In this document: positions 7,735-19,280 of the stretch, piece by piece
Numbering within the stretch: position 1 is the first letter of the stretch
Layout of the letters: each line of letters starts with the position of its first letter
Assembly (NCBI RefSeq): GCF_012562765.1
Contig: NZ_CP046226.1
Coordinates: forward strand, 180,001-212,000
Direction of reading: 5' to 3'
Origin: Candidatus Saccharimonadota bacterium
GTDB lineage: Bacteria > Pseudomonadota > Gammaproteobacteria > Enterobacterales > Enterobacteriaceae
DNA length: 32,000 nt
Notes under the pieces: generated by a model
Told to the model about the DNA's origin: nothing
Database searches by the model: none
Seen by the model: only the letters and a program-made list of their open reading frames with translations
Position numbers and translations under genes: made by a program

Positions 7735-8568
7735 TTATTTTAATTTAATCCATACTTTTAAAGTAATTTTTTTATTTAAAAAATTCTCTATCTCATTTTG
7801 AGATTTACTTATTATAAAATTTATAATTTTAGCATTTTTACCTATTAATATTTTTTTTTGACTTAATCTTTTAACATAAAGTAATATAATTAAATTATTT
7901 ATTAAAACTTCTGAATTTATAATAAATGGTTTTACTTTTATTTTTACTACATAAGGAAGTTCATTATGAATATATTTTAAAATATATTTTCTTATTATTT
8001 CAGAAATAATTAATTCTTTAGATTGATTTGTAATATATTTTTTTGGAAAAAAATGATTTTTTTTAGGTAATATTTTATATATAATATTATGTATATTACT
8101 GATATATAATGTATTTTTTGCTGAAATCATAATTAAATCAATAAAAGATATTTTATTTTTAATAAAATTAATATGTGGTAATAATACTGTTTTATTAAAA
8201 ATTTTATCTATTTTATTAATTATAATTATGATTGGAATAGAAATATTTTTAATAATTTTTATTATTTTTTCTTCTATATTATTCCATTTATTTCTATCTA
8301 AAACTAATAAAATTATATCAAATTTTTTATTTATAAATAAATTATGAATAATATTATTTTTATTTATAAAACCAGGAGTATCAATATATTCAATTTGATA
8401 ATTATTATAATTATATATTCCAGTAATATTAAAATAAGTAGTATTTATTTTATGAGATGTAATAGAAATGTTTTTTCCCATTAATTTATTTAATAAAGTA
8501 GATTTTCCTACATTAGTTCTACCTAATAGTAAAACTCTACCAAAATAAAAAGATATTGTTTTATTCAA
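7735..8568 (-). CDS. era: GTPase Era (somewhat shortened)
   Basis: 277 aa (E. coli about 301 aa). G1 GRTNVGKSTLLN, G3 DTPG and G4 NKID are present, with a C-terminal KH-like region. It lies directly downstream of rnc. Confidence 0.9.
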   Translation of the reverse strand: MNKTISFYFGRVLLLGRTNVGKSTLLNKLMGKNISITSHKINTTYFNITGIYNYNNYQIEYIDTPGFINKNNIIHNLFINKKFDIILLVLDRNKWNNIEEKIIKIIKNISIPIIIIINKIDKIFNKTVLLPHINFIKNKISFIDLIMISAKNTLYISNIHNIIYKILPKKNHFFPKKYITNQSKELIISEIIRKYILKYIHNELPYVVKIKVKPFIINSEVLINNLIILLYVKRLSQKKILIGKNAKIINFIISKSQNEIENFLNKKITLKVWIKLK

Positions 8569-8594
8569 TTTTAAATTAACACCTATTTTATAAA

Positions 8595-9272
8595 TTAAAT
8601 TCCTAGTTTTACTAATGCTTGTTCTGCTGCTGATTGTTCTGCTTTACGACGACTAGAACCTATTCCTGTTATTATTTCTGATATACCATTAATTTTACAC
8701 TGAATAGTAAATTTTTGATTATGAACTTCACCATTAATTTGTAATATAAAATAATATGGTAATGGTAAATGTGATCTTTGTAAATACTCTTGTAATCTTG
8801 TTTTAGGATCTTTTTGATTATTTCCTGGAATTATTTTTTTTAATCTTAATTTATACCATTTTAATATAATTTTTTCTACAATTTTAATATTACTATCTAT
8901 ACAAATGCTACCAATTAAAGCTTCCATAGTATCTGCTAAAATAGATTCCCTATTATATCCTCCGTTTTTTAGTTCTCCTGGTCCTAATAATAAATATTCA
9001 CCTAATGTAAATTCTCTAGCAATACTAGCTAATGTATTACCTCTAACTAAAGTAGCTCTCATACGACTCATATTACCTTCATTTACACTAGGAAATTTAT
9101 TATATAATTCTTTAGCAATAATATAACTAAGTATAGAATCACCTAAAAATTCTAATCTTTCATTGTGTTTACTACTTGCACTTCGATGAGTTAAAGCTTG
9201 ATATAATAAATTTTGATGGTTAAAAATATAACCTAACTTTTGTTGTAATTTATTCATCATAATAAAATTCAC
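8595..9272 (-). CDS. rnc: Ribonuclease III
   Basis: 225 aa. [33 protein letters not shown] and the RNase III signature [12 protein letters not shown] are present, with a C-terminal ds[19 protein letters not shown]. It is nearly colinear with E. coli Rnc. Confidence 0.95.
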   Translation of the reverse strand: MNFIMMNKLQQKLGYIFNHQNLLYQALTHRSASSKHNERLEFLGDSILSYIIAKELYNKFPSVNEGNMSRMRATLVRGNTLASIAREFTLGEYLLLGPGELKNGGYNRESILADTMEALIGSICIDSNIKIVEKIILKWYKLRLKKIIPGNNQKDPKTRLQEYLQRSHLPLPYYFILQINGEVHNQKFTIQCKINGISEIITGIGSSRRKAEQSAAEQALVKLGI

Positions 9273-9308
9273 ATAATTATATTCTTAATTTTTATATAAA
9301 AATTAATA

Positions 9309-10253
9309 TTATTTAATTTCTTTTACTCTAGAAAAATGTAGTTCAGTTGGCCATTTACTTTCTTTTTTATCTAAACTCATCCAAATCCAAACAGCTTTAC
9401 CTAATAAATATTTTGTATGTACAAATCCCCAATAACGACTATCATAACTATTATCACGATTATCTCCCATAACAAAATAACTATCTAAAGGTACTATCCA
9501 TGTATAATTATCTTGATTTTTTTGATGATATATTTTCAAAGATTCTTTAGTTATTTCAGGAGAGACTAAAATTATATGTGATAAATTATTAATTTTTTCT
9601 GTATATTCAAATAATCTTAATTTTAAACTTTCATAAATATTTTTATTATGATTTTTTTTATTTAAATTTTTTTGATTTATATTAAATACTTGAAAATAAT
9701 TACTTTTTTTTAAATTACTATATTGAATAATAAAATTATTTTTTACGTTAATATTATTTTTATCTTTAGGAAATAAAAAAATTTGTTTAATTTTTGCATT
9801 ATATATAATTTTATCTCCTGGTAATCCTATAATTCTTTTAATATAATTTACTTTAGGATTTTTAGGATAGTTAAAAACAATAATATCTCCTCTTTTAGGA
9901 TTTTTATTTTTTATAATAAAATTACCATTAAATGGATTTTTTATTCCATAAAAAAATTTATTTACTAAAACAAAATCTCCTGCAAGTAAAGTTGGCATCA
10001 TTGATGATGATGGTATATAAAATGGTTCATATAAAAAAGAACGAATTAAAAAAACTAATAATATAACAGGAAAAAAAGATCCTATTTCTTTTATCCAATA
10101 CTCCTTTTGTTTATTAAGATTATAAGAATTTAGATTTTTATTATATTTTTTCATAAAAAAATTATATAAAATTTTTATTTTATAAAAAAACCATATAAAA
10201 CCAGTTATTAACATACTAAATATTAGTATTAATTGAAATATATTATTGTTCAT
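9309..10253 (-). CDS. lepB: Signal peptidase I (LepB)
   Basis: 314 aa. Present are the catalytic Ser box SSSMMPTL, the Lys box YIKRIIGLPGD and box E GDNRDNSYDSRYWGFV, with N-terminal TM segments. Confidence 0.92.
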   Translation of the reverse strand: MNNNIFQLILIFSMLITGFIWFFYKIKILYNFFMKKYNKNLNSYNLNKQKEYWIKEIGSFFPVILLVFLIRSFLYEPFYIPSSSMMPTLLAGDFVLVNKFFYGIKNPFNGNFIIKNKNPKRGDIIVFNYPKNPKVNYIKRIIGLPGDKIIYNAKIKQIFLFPKDKNNINVKNNFIIQYSNLKKSNYFQVFNINQKNLNKKNHNKNIYESLKLRLFEYTEKINNLSHIILVSPEITKESLKIYHQKNQDNYTWIVPLDSYFVMGDNRDNSYDSRYWGFVHTKYLLGKAVWIWMSLDKKESKWPTELHFSRVKEIK

Positions 10254-10281
10254 ATTATCCTTAGTAATAGTAATAAATAAT

Positions 10282-12072
10282 TTATCTTGTTATTTTTAAT
10301 ACAGCTAAAAATACAGTTGATGGTAATAAAACATTACCAATAACTTTCATTTTTTTTTTACCTTCTTTTTGTTTTTGAATTAATTTTTTTTTACGACTAA
10401 TATCTCCTCCATAACATTTTGCTATAACATTTTTTCTAAGTTGTTTAATAACAGCGCTAGTAATAATATTTTTTCCTATAGCGGCTTGTATTTTAATATC
10501 AAATTGTTGTCTAGGAATAAGTTTTTTTATATTTTCTACCAATAAATTACAATAATAATAAATTTTATTTTTATAAGTAATAGTAGTTAATGCATCAACT
10601 TTTTTTTGATTAATTAATATATCTACAGATACTAAATTAGATTTTTTAAATTTAATAAAATGATAATTTAATGATGCATAACCACTAGATATTGATTTTA
10701 AATGATCAAAAAAATTAATTATAACTTCTAACATAGGTATTTCATATATTAATAATACTTGATTAGTATGATAAATCATATCAATTTGTATTCCATTTTT
10801 TTCTGAACATAATTTCATTATATTACCAATATATTTTATAGGAGATAAAATATTACATTTAGCTATTGGTTCTCTTAATTCTTTAATTTGATTTATATTT
10901 GGAAATTTAGATGGATTATCTGCATAAATAATTTTATTATCTACTGTTTCTATTTGATATTTTACTGTAGGTACAGTAGTAATAATATTAATATTATATT
11001 CACGTTCTAATCTTTGTTGTATAATTTCCATATGTAATAAACCTAAAAAACCACATCTATATCCAAAACCTAATATATTAGAATTTTCTGGTTCAAAAAA
11101 TAATGAAGCATCATTTAAACTTAATTTTTTTAATGCAGTACTAAATATATTATAATTATTTAAAGCAGTAGGAAATAAACCAGCATATACTTGTGGTTTA
11201 ATTTTTTTAAATCCAGATAATATATTATTAGATGGATTAGAGTTTAATGTTATAGTACTACCTATTGGTAATTCGCTTATATTTTTTACACCAAAAATTA
11301 TCCAACCAACTTCTCCACAATTTAGTTCTGTTAGTTCTACTTGCTTAGGAGTAAAAATACCTAGTTGTTCTACAAAATATTTCTTTTTTGTATTCATAAC
11401 TATTATTTTATTTCCTTTACTAATTTTTCCATTTTTAATTCGTATTAATGATACTACTCCTAAATAATTATTAAACCAAGAATCTATAATTAATGCTTGT
11501 AAAGGTAAAGAAGATTTTCCTGAAGGATATGGAATTTGTTTTACTAGTTGTTCTATTATTTCTAAAATACCAAATCCTGTTTTAGCAGAACATTTTAAAT
11601 TTAATTTTGATTTAATTCCTATAATTTCTTCTATTTCTTTTTGAACTTTATTAATATTGGCATTAAATAAATCAATTTTATTAATAACAGGTAAAACTTT
11701 TAAACCCATATTTATGGCAATATTACAATTAGATAAAGTTTGAGCTTCAACACCTTGTACTGCATCTACTAATAATATAGCACCTTCACATGCAGATAAA
11801 GATCTAGATACTTCATAAGAAAAATCTACATGTCCAGGAGTATCAATAAAATTTAATTTATATATATTATTATTTTTTGATTTATAATTTAAAGTTACAC
11901 TTTGTGCTTTTATTGTAATACCTCTTTCTTTTTCTAATTCCATTGTATCTAATACTTGAGACTTCATTTCTCTATTAGACAAACCACCACATAATTCTAT
12001 TAAACGATCTGCAAATGTAGATTTACCATGATCTATATGAGCAATAATGGAAAAATTTCTTATATTTTTCAT
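10282..12072 (-). CDS. lepA: Elongation factor 4 (LepA)
   Basis: 596 aa (E. coli 599 aa). [28 protein letters not shown] and NKID are present, along with the LepA-specific C-terminal domain (...[25 protein letters not shown]). Confidence 0.95.
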   Translation of the reverse strand: MKNIRNFSIIAHIDHGKSTFADRLIELCGGLSNREMKSQVLDTMELEKERGITIKAQSVTLNYKSKNNNIYKLNFIDTPGHVDFSYEVSRSLSACEGAILLVDAVQGVEAQTLSNCNIAINMGLKVLPVINKIDLFNANINKVQKEIEEIIGIKSKLNLKCSAKTGFGILEIIEQLVKQIPYPSGKSSLPLQALIIDSWFNNYLGVVSLIRIKNGKISKGNKIIVMNTKKKYFVEQLGIFTPKQVELTELNCGEVGWIIFGVKNISELPIGSTITLNSNPSNNILSGFKKIKPQVYAGLFPTALNNYNIFSTALKKLSLNDASLFFEPENSNILGFGYRCGFLGLLHMEIIQQRLEREYNINIITTVPTVKYQIETVDNKIIYADNPSKFPNINQIKELREPIAKCNILSPIKYIGNIMKLCSEKNGIQIDMIYHTNQVLLIYEIPMLEVIINFFDHLKSISSGYASLNYHFIKFKKSNLVSVDILINQKKVDALTTITYKNKIYYYCNLLVENIKKLIPRQQFDIKIQAAIGKNIITSAVIKQLRKNVIAKCYGGDISRKKKLIQKQKEGKKKMKVIGNVLLPSTVFLAVLKITR

Positions 12073-12123
12073 AAAAATTTTATATGTATATTATTAATAT
12101 ATAAAATAATAATATAAAAATTA

Positions 12124-14169
12124 TTATTTTTTAAATTTAATTCCTTTATGTATAAGTAAAATATTACTATCTAATTTTCTATTTCTAAATTTTTTAAATA
12201 AGATTAAAGGATTTTCAATCTTACTTTGAGATAAAAAAATATCTAAAAATTTTTTTCCTATAGTTTTATTAAATAAATTATTTTCTTTAAAATATAAAAA
12301 AGAATCTGCAGCTAATTGTTCTGACCATAAATAACTATAATAACCTGCTGCATATTCTCCCGCAAATATATGATTAAAAATATTTATATATTTATTCCAA
12401 GATGGAATCTGTGTAATTGAAATTAAACTAGATCTAATTTCATACATTAAATCTAATATTTGGTTATTATTTTTTTCTGGATTAAATTCATTATGAATTC
12501 TAATATCAAATAAACTTAATTCAATTTGTCGTATTATAGATAAAGCAGCATTATATTTTTTAGATTTAACTAAATTATCTATAATTTTTTGTGGCATAAT
12601 TTTATTAGTTTGATAATGACCAGAAATTAAAGAAATAACTTCTGGTTCCCAACACCAAGATTCCATGAATTGACTAGGAAATTCTACCATATCAAAATCA
12701 ATTCCATTTATACCAGAGACATTAGGTATATTAATTTTAGTTAAAATATGATGTAATGAATGACCAAATTCATGAAATAATGTTATAACATCATTATGTG
12801 TTAATAAAGCAATATTATTAACTGGAGGAGAAAAATTACAATTAACATAAGCAACTGGATATTGTAATATATTATTAGATTTTATTATTCTAGATTGACA
12901 AATATCCATCCAAGCTCCATTTCTTTTATTTTTACGAATATATAAATCAAAATATATACTGCCATATAATTCATTTTTATCATCAAAAACATCAAAAAAA
13001 TACACATTATTATTCCAAACATTAACTTTTCTTTTTCTAAAAGTTAAACCAAAAATTTTATTTGTAATTTTAAACATTCCGTTTATAACATGAAATAATG
13101 GAAAATAAGAACGTATAATATTATCATTTATACCATATAAATAATGTTTATATTTTTCTATATAAAATGTTGTATCCCATGGATTAATTTTAGTTAAATT
13201 GTATTTATTTTTAATAAATTTTTTTAAATTAGATATTTCATCTTTAGCTTGATTATAAGAATATTTAATTAAATTTTTAAGAAAAGATAAAATTATATTT
13301 AAATTTTTAGCTGATTTATTTATAAGAGACTTTTCCGAATAAGAATTATATCCTAATAAATTAGCTAATTTATAACGTAATTTTAATTCTTTAATTATAA
13401 TAGGAAAATTATTCCAATTTTTTTTTTCATTTTTATCTGATGCTATAGTATTATAAGCATAATATAATGTTTTACGAATTATTTTATTTTCACAAAATTG
13501 CATTATTGATGAATAAATTGGCATATCTAAAGTTAATAAATATCCTTTTTTATTTTCTTTTTTAGCATTATTCTTAATATAATTAAGAATATCATTAGAA
13601 ATACCTTTTAATTCTATTTTAGAAAAAATATTTAATTTCCAATATATAATACTATCCAATATATTATTTTCAAATTTAATACTTAAAAAAATTAATTTAT
13701 CTATAATTTTTTTATATTGTTTTTTATTTTCAAAAGATAATAAAATACCTGATGATTCAAAATCACGAATAATATTATTAATAGATTTTTTTTCTAGATT
13801 ATTTAATAAATTAAATTTATTTTTTTTTATAAATATGTAAGCATTATATAATTTTTTATTTTGTTTTATCCATAAATTATATTTAGTAATAATTTTAGTA
13901 CAAACTTCATATATTTTTCTTAATTCAGTAGTATTAACTACATAATTTAAATGATTTATTAATGAAATAATACGATTAAAATTTTCATCTAATTCTAAAA
14001 TTGGTTGACAAAAATTTTTCCAATTATAATTTTTGTTATAATTTTTTAATAATTTATTTATTAATAATTTATTATTATTAATAATTTTTTGAACAGTAGG
14101 AATTATAAATTTATATTTAATTTGATTAAATGGAGGTAAAATAAAATTCTCAAGAAGAGAGTTATTCAT
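12124..14169 (-). CDS. prlC: Oligopeptidase A (M3 zinc metallopeptidase)
   Basis: 681 aa (E. coli PrlC about 680 aa). It carries the zincin motif LFHEFGHSLHH and a downstream EFPSQFME glutamate box. Confidence 0.88.
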   Translation of the reverse strand: MNNSLLENFILPPFNQIKYKFIIPTVQKIINNNKLLINKLLKNYNKNYNWKNFCQPILELDENFNRIISLINHLNYVVNTTELRKIYEVCTKIITKYNLWIKQNKKLYNAYIFIKKNKFNLLNNLEKKSINNIIRDFESSGILLSFENKKQYKKIIDKLIFLSIKFENNILDSIIYWKLNIFSKIELKGISNDILNYIKNNAKKENKKGYLLTLDMPIYSSIMQFCENKIIRKTLYYAYNTIASDKNEKKNWNNFPIIIKELKLRYKLANLLGYNSYSEKSLINKSAKNLNIILSFLKNLIKYSYNQAKDEISNLKKFIKNKYNLTKINPWDTTFYIEKYKHYLYGINDNIIRSYFPLFHVINGMFKITNKIFGLTFRKRKVNVWNNNVYFFDVFDDKNELYGSIYFDLYIRKNKRNGAWMDICQSRIIKSNNILQYPVAYVNCNFSPPVNNIALLTHNDVITLFHEFGHSLHHILTKINIPNVSGINGIDFDMVEFPSQFMESWCWEPEVISLISGHYQTNKIMPQKIIDNLVKSKKYNAALSIIRQIELSLFDIRIHNEFNPEKNNNQILDLMYEIRSSLISITQIPSWNKYINIFNHIFAGEYAAGYYSYLWSEQLAADSFLYFKENNLFNKTIGKKFLDIFLSQSKIENPLILFKKFRNRKLDSNILLIHKGIKFKK

Positions 14170-14267
14170 AATAAGATCTCTATTAAATACTAAATAGTAA
14201 AAAAATTATTAATATACTTTTTTTAGTTGAATTATTTCGAATAATACATTACATTATTTGTATTATT

Positions 14268-15008
14268 TTAAAATGAATTTTGTCTTATTATCTCAAATAA
14301 AAAAATACCAGTAGCAACAGAAACATTTAAAGAATTAATACCATTAAATAATGGTATATTTAATAATATATCACAATTATGTTTTATAATAGGACGTATA
14401 CCTTTATTTTCTGAGCCCATAATTATACATATTGGAAAATATATTCTATTATTATAAATAATATTTTTACTTTTATTATCAGCTCCTATTATAGTTATAT
14501 TATTATTTTTTAATAAATGGATTATTTGAACTAAACTATTTACAAATATAATTGGTAATATTTCTGATGTTCCACAAGAAACTTTTTTAACTGTGGAGTT
14601 TAATTTTGATGAATGATGTTTAGGTAAAATAATAATATTAACTTTAGCTGCTACAGCAGTTCTTATGCATGCTCCAAGATTATGTGGATCTGTAATCCTA
14701 TCTAATATTAGAATAAATGGATTTTTAAATTTTTTAATAATTTTTATTATATCATTTTTATGATATTTAGATTTTTTTAAAAAAATTATACCTAATATTC
14801 CTTGATGTACATTATTTTTACTTTTTTTATTTAGCCATTGTCTTGTAGTTTTATAATATGGAATACTATATTTCTTTATATTAATGAAAATTTCTTTTAA
14901 TTTATTATTACTTTGTTTATTATCTAATATATAAATTTTTTTAAATGATTTTGGATTATTTTTTAAAAGTTCTATTATAGGATAAAATCCAAAAATAATA
15001 TCTTCCAT
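14268..15008 (-). CDS. rlmB: 23S rRNA (guanosine2251-2'-O)-methyltransferase RlmB (SpoU/TrmH family)
   Basis: 246 aa (E. coli about 243 aa). SpoU motifs [26 protein letters not shown] and [22 protein letters not shown] are present, the last matching E. coli [22 protein letters not shown]. The gene lies downstream of purA as in E. coli, minus nsrR-rnr. Confidence 0.85.
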   Translation of the reverse strand: [246 protein letters not shown]

Positions 15009-15152
15009 ATTATAAATTTATTTTAATATTTTAGATTAATTATATCATTTAAAAAATAAAAAAAAAAGAGTTATAATATATTATTTTTATATATAATTAT
15101 ATATAAAATATATAATAAAATTACTAATTTTATTTAGATATAAAAAATATCA

Positions 15153-16502
<1,350 letters not shown>

Positions 16503-16708
16503 TCATTTAATTTAAATATTATATATTTATTATTAATTATTAATTATTAATATTTTATATTTTAGAATTTAATAATTTATCTAATATGAATTATTTATTT
16601 TATTATTAAAATATTTTAATTTTTTATATAAAATAATTTATAAACAAAAAATATTTTTTTAAATAATTATTTAAATTTTTTTAATAAATTTATAAATTAT
16701 ATTAAATG

Positions 16709-17347
16709 TTATTTTAATGTTTTAATTTTTTTATGGTTAAAATTATAAAATATATTTTTTAATATATCTTTAGAAAAAGAAACTTTTTCAATTTTAATAT
16801 CAATAATATCTATTCCCATGTTATTCATATTATTAATAATAGTTTGGTTATTATTTTGAGAAATTAACTTAGAAATAAAATTTTCTTTAATATTTTTAAT
16901 TTGATTATTATCATAATTTGATAGACTTTTTTTTAAAAAATTACTAGAATGATTAAATATTTTTTGAATATTTAATTTATCAATATCTAAATATAATTTA
17001 TCACTAACTTGTCTTTTAAGTATAATTTCAGTATGAATTAAATTTCCTCCAGTATTTAAATAATAAAGTTTATAATCTTTTATTTTCCATATTATATAAA
17101 CATGAATTATTAAATCTTTTTTATTTTTTAAAATAAATTTGTTAATTTGAAAATTAGTACTGAATAAACTAGAATTTAAAATTTGAATATTATTAAATAA
17201 TGGAATTTTAAAATGAAATCCTGGTTTATATATAGTAATAATATTATTATACGAATTAATACCTACATATCCTTCATTAATAATGAATATAGATAAATAT
17301 AAAAAATTTAATATAATAATTAATAAATAAATCAAACATTTACTCAT
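16709..17347 (-). CDS. hflC: HflC-like SPFH (band-7) protein, C-terminally truncated relative to E. coli HflC; possibly decaying
   Basis: 212 aa against about 334 aa in E. coli. IFIINEGYVGI, KPGFHFKIPLFNNIQILN, KKDLIIHVYIIWKIKDYKLYYLNTGG and MGIDIIDIKIEKVSF align with E. coli VFVVKEGERGI, EPGLHFKIPFIETVKMLD, KKDLIVDSYIKWRISDFSRYYLATGG and LGIEVVDVRIKQINL. The ORF stops (TAA) right after the SPFH domain. Confidence 0.75.
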   Translation of the reverse strand: MSKCLIYLLIIILNFLYLSIFIINEGYVGINSYNNIITIYKPGFHFKIPLFNNIQILNSSLFSTNFQINKFILKNKKDLIIHVYIIWKIKDYKLYYLNTGGNLIHTEIILKRQVSDKLYLDIDKLNIQKIFNHSSNFLKKSLSNYDNNQIKNIKENFISKLISQNNNQTIINNMNNMGIDIIDIKIEKVSFSKDILKNIFYNFNHKKIKTLK

Positions 17348-17607
17348 TTTTATTTCTTTTAAGGAAAATTAGATTTATATAAAATATTTTTCAATATTTT
17401 TTATCTAAAATTTTATTTTTGTTATTTTAAAATTGAATAGTTCTTATATATTTTAAATATTATATATAAAATATTTTTTAATTATTTTTATTTAATTTTA
17501 CAATATTAATTGTATTATATAAGTTAAAAATAATCTATTACATATTAAAAATATATTTATAAAGTATCAATATATTTTTATATTATGTTATGCTACTTAT
17601 ATATTTT

Positions 17608-18189
17608 TTATTTTTTTTGATAAGGATAAAAATTATTTAATAATTTTTGCTCTTCTGTAGGAAGAGTAATATTGTCAATATAAATATCTAAAATATTAAT
17701 ACCAAAATTATATTTTTTTATTATTACTTGTAGTTTATTTTTAATTTCATTACTAATTATATTATCATTTTTAGTTAAAAGATCATTTATTGTTACTTTA
17801 CCTATTAATTGATTAATAATACTATTAATAGATTGATAAAACATAAATAAAAAATTTTTTTTAGAAAGTATATATGCTACTGGATTAGAAATTTTATATT
17901 CAATAATTATTTTCATATTAACTAAATTTAAATCTGAAGTTAATAGCATATTATTTATAACTGTTTTTTTTACAGAAATTGTATTTACAAAACTTACTTT
18001 ATCTAAAAAAAGATATTTCCAATGTAAACCTGGAGAAACTACATTATATATTTTACCTAATCTAACAATAATACATTGATTTGTATTTTTAACTATGTAA
18101 AATCCATTGACAAAAAAATATAGACAAATAAATGATAAAAAAATAAAAAAATTTTTTATATTTGTTTTAGTAGAATTATTGTTATTCAT
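17608..18189 (-). CDS. hflK: HflK-like SPFH (band-7) protein lacking the N-terminal low-complexity region and the C-terminal helical region; possibly decaying
   Basis: 193 aa against about 419 aa in E. coli. GFYIVKNTNQCIIVRLGKIYNVVSPGLHWKYLFLDKV aligns with E. coli GFYTIKESERGVVTRFGKFSHLVEPGLNWKPTFIDEV. LLTSDLNLVNMKIIIEYKISNP aligns with MLTSDENVVRVEMNVQYRVTNP. FGINILDIYIDNITLPTEE aligns with MGITLLDVNFQAARPPEE. The stop is TAA, and no frame continues downstream. Confidence 0.75.
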   Translation of the reverse strand: MNNNNSTKTNIKNFFIFLSFICLYFFVNGFYIVKNTNQCIIVRLGKIYNVVSPGLHWKYLFLDKVSFVNTISVKKTVINNMLLTSDLNLVNMKIIIEYKISNPVAYILSKKNFLFMFYQSINSIINQLIGKVTINDLLTKNDNIISNEIKNKLQVIIKKYNFGINILDIYIDNITLPTEEQKLLNNFYPYQKK

Positions 18190-18331
18190 ATTATTTTAAT
18201 TATTATTAAAAAATAAAAAATTTATTTTATTAAACAATTTAATAAAATTATAGAAAAGATATATAATAATCTATATCATAATTTTAACTAATTATAAAAT
18301 TATTTTTATAAAAAATAAAAAATTTATTTAA

Positions 18332-19279
18332 TTATAAAATAAAATTATTTTTATTTATAACTTTTGCAATAGAATTATATGCCAAATTTAAATTTTCACT
18401 ATTTAACCAATGTATATTATTCCAATTTCTAAGCCATGTTAATTGTTTTTTAGCTAAATGACGCGTAGATAAAATTATTTGATCAATCATATCTGTATAA
18501 TTAATTTGATTTTGAATATAATAATACATTTGTTTATAACCAATACAACGCATTGAAGGAAAATTAATTTGTAATTTTTTATTATAAAAAAGATTTCTTA
18601 CTTCTAATTCAAAACCAAATTGAAACATTTTTATTAATCTTTTATTGATAGCATTATATAAGTTTTCACGATCATAATAAGTTATTCCAAATTGATATAG
18701 TTTATAAGGAATTTTATCTCTTTTAATTCTTATAAGTTTACTTAATGGTTGTCCTGTTAAAAAAAATACTTCTAATGCTCTTAAATTTCTTTGTAAATCA
18801 GAAGGATGAATTTTATTTGCTGAACATAAATCTATTTTATTTAACATATCATGTAAAGATTTATATTTATTATTATTTTTAATTTTATTAATAATCATAT
18901 TACGTATCTGAATATTAGCAGATGGTAAAGGAGAAATTGGATCAATTAATTTTTTATAGTAAAACATACTACCACCAACTAATAATGGAATTTTACCTTT
19001 TTTTATAATTTTTTTAATAATTGTTAAAGATTCATGATAAAAATCAAATACTGAATAATATTCATGTGGTTCTTTAATATCAATTAACCAATGTTTTGTA
19101 TAAAAAAAATCTTTTTTATTTGGTTTAGCAGTACCTATATCCATCCCTTTATATATTAAAGAAGAATCTACACTTATTAATTCAATAGGAAAGTTTTTAG
19201 ATAATTTCATTGCTAAATTAGTTTTACCTGAAGCTGTAGTACCCATTAAAAATATTACTGGTGGTAATTTATTATTCAT
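18332..19279 (-). CDS. miaA: tRNA dimethylallyltransferase MiaA
   Basis: 315 aa. The P-loop MGTTASGKT is present. DSSLIYKGMDIGTAKP is nearly identical to E. coli DSALIYKGMDIGTAKP. LAKKQLTWLRNW is also present. The start codon lies 1 nt after the mutL stop. Confidence 0.93.
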   Translation of the reverse strand: MNNKLPPVIFLMGTTASGKTNLAMKLSKNFPIELISVDSSLIYKGMDIGTAKPNKKDFFYTKHWLIDIKEPHEYYSVFDFYHESLTIIKKIIKKGKIPLLVGGSMFYYKKLIDPISPLPSANIQIRNMIINKIKNNNKYKSLHDMLNKIDLCSANKIHPSDLQRNLRALEVFFLTGQPLSKLIRIKRDKIPYKLYQFGITYYDRENLYNAINKRLIKMFQFGFELEVRNLFYNKKLQINFPSMRCIGYKQMYYYIQNQINYTDMIDQIILSTRHLAKKQLTWLRNWNNIHWLNSENLNLAYNSIAKVINKNNFIL

Positions 19280-19280
19280 A

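Noticed and set aside
16528-16556. Short tandem attaatt/taattat repeats in the purA-hflC spacer. Similar A/T microsatellite-like runs occur in other spacers.
   Set aside because: This is low-complexity sequence of the kind expected from A+T mutational bias, with no consistent unit or copy structure suggesting function.
16709-18189. The idea that the short hflK and hflC result from an alternative genetic code (TGA=Trp) or a single rescuable frameshift.
   Set aside because: Both ORFs end in TAA, and Trp is encoded by TGG elsewhere (for example in rnc). The other two frames downstream of the hflK stop close within about 8 codons.
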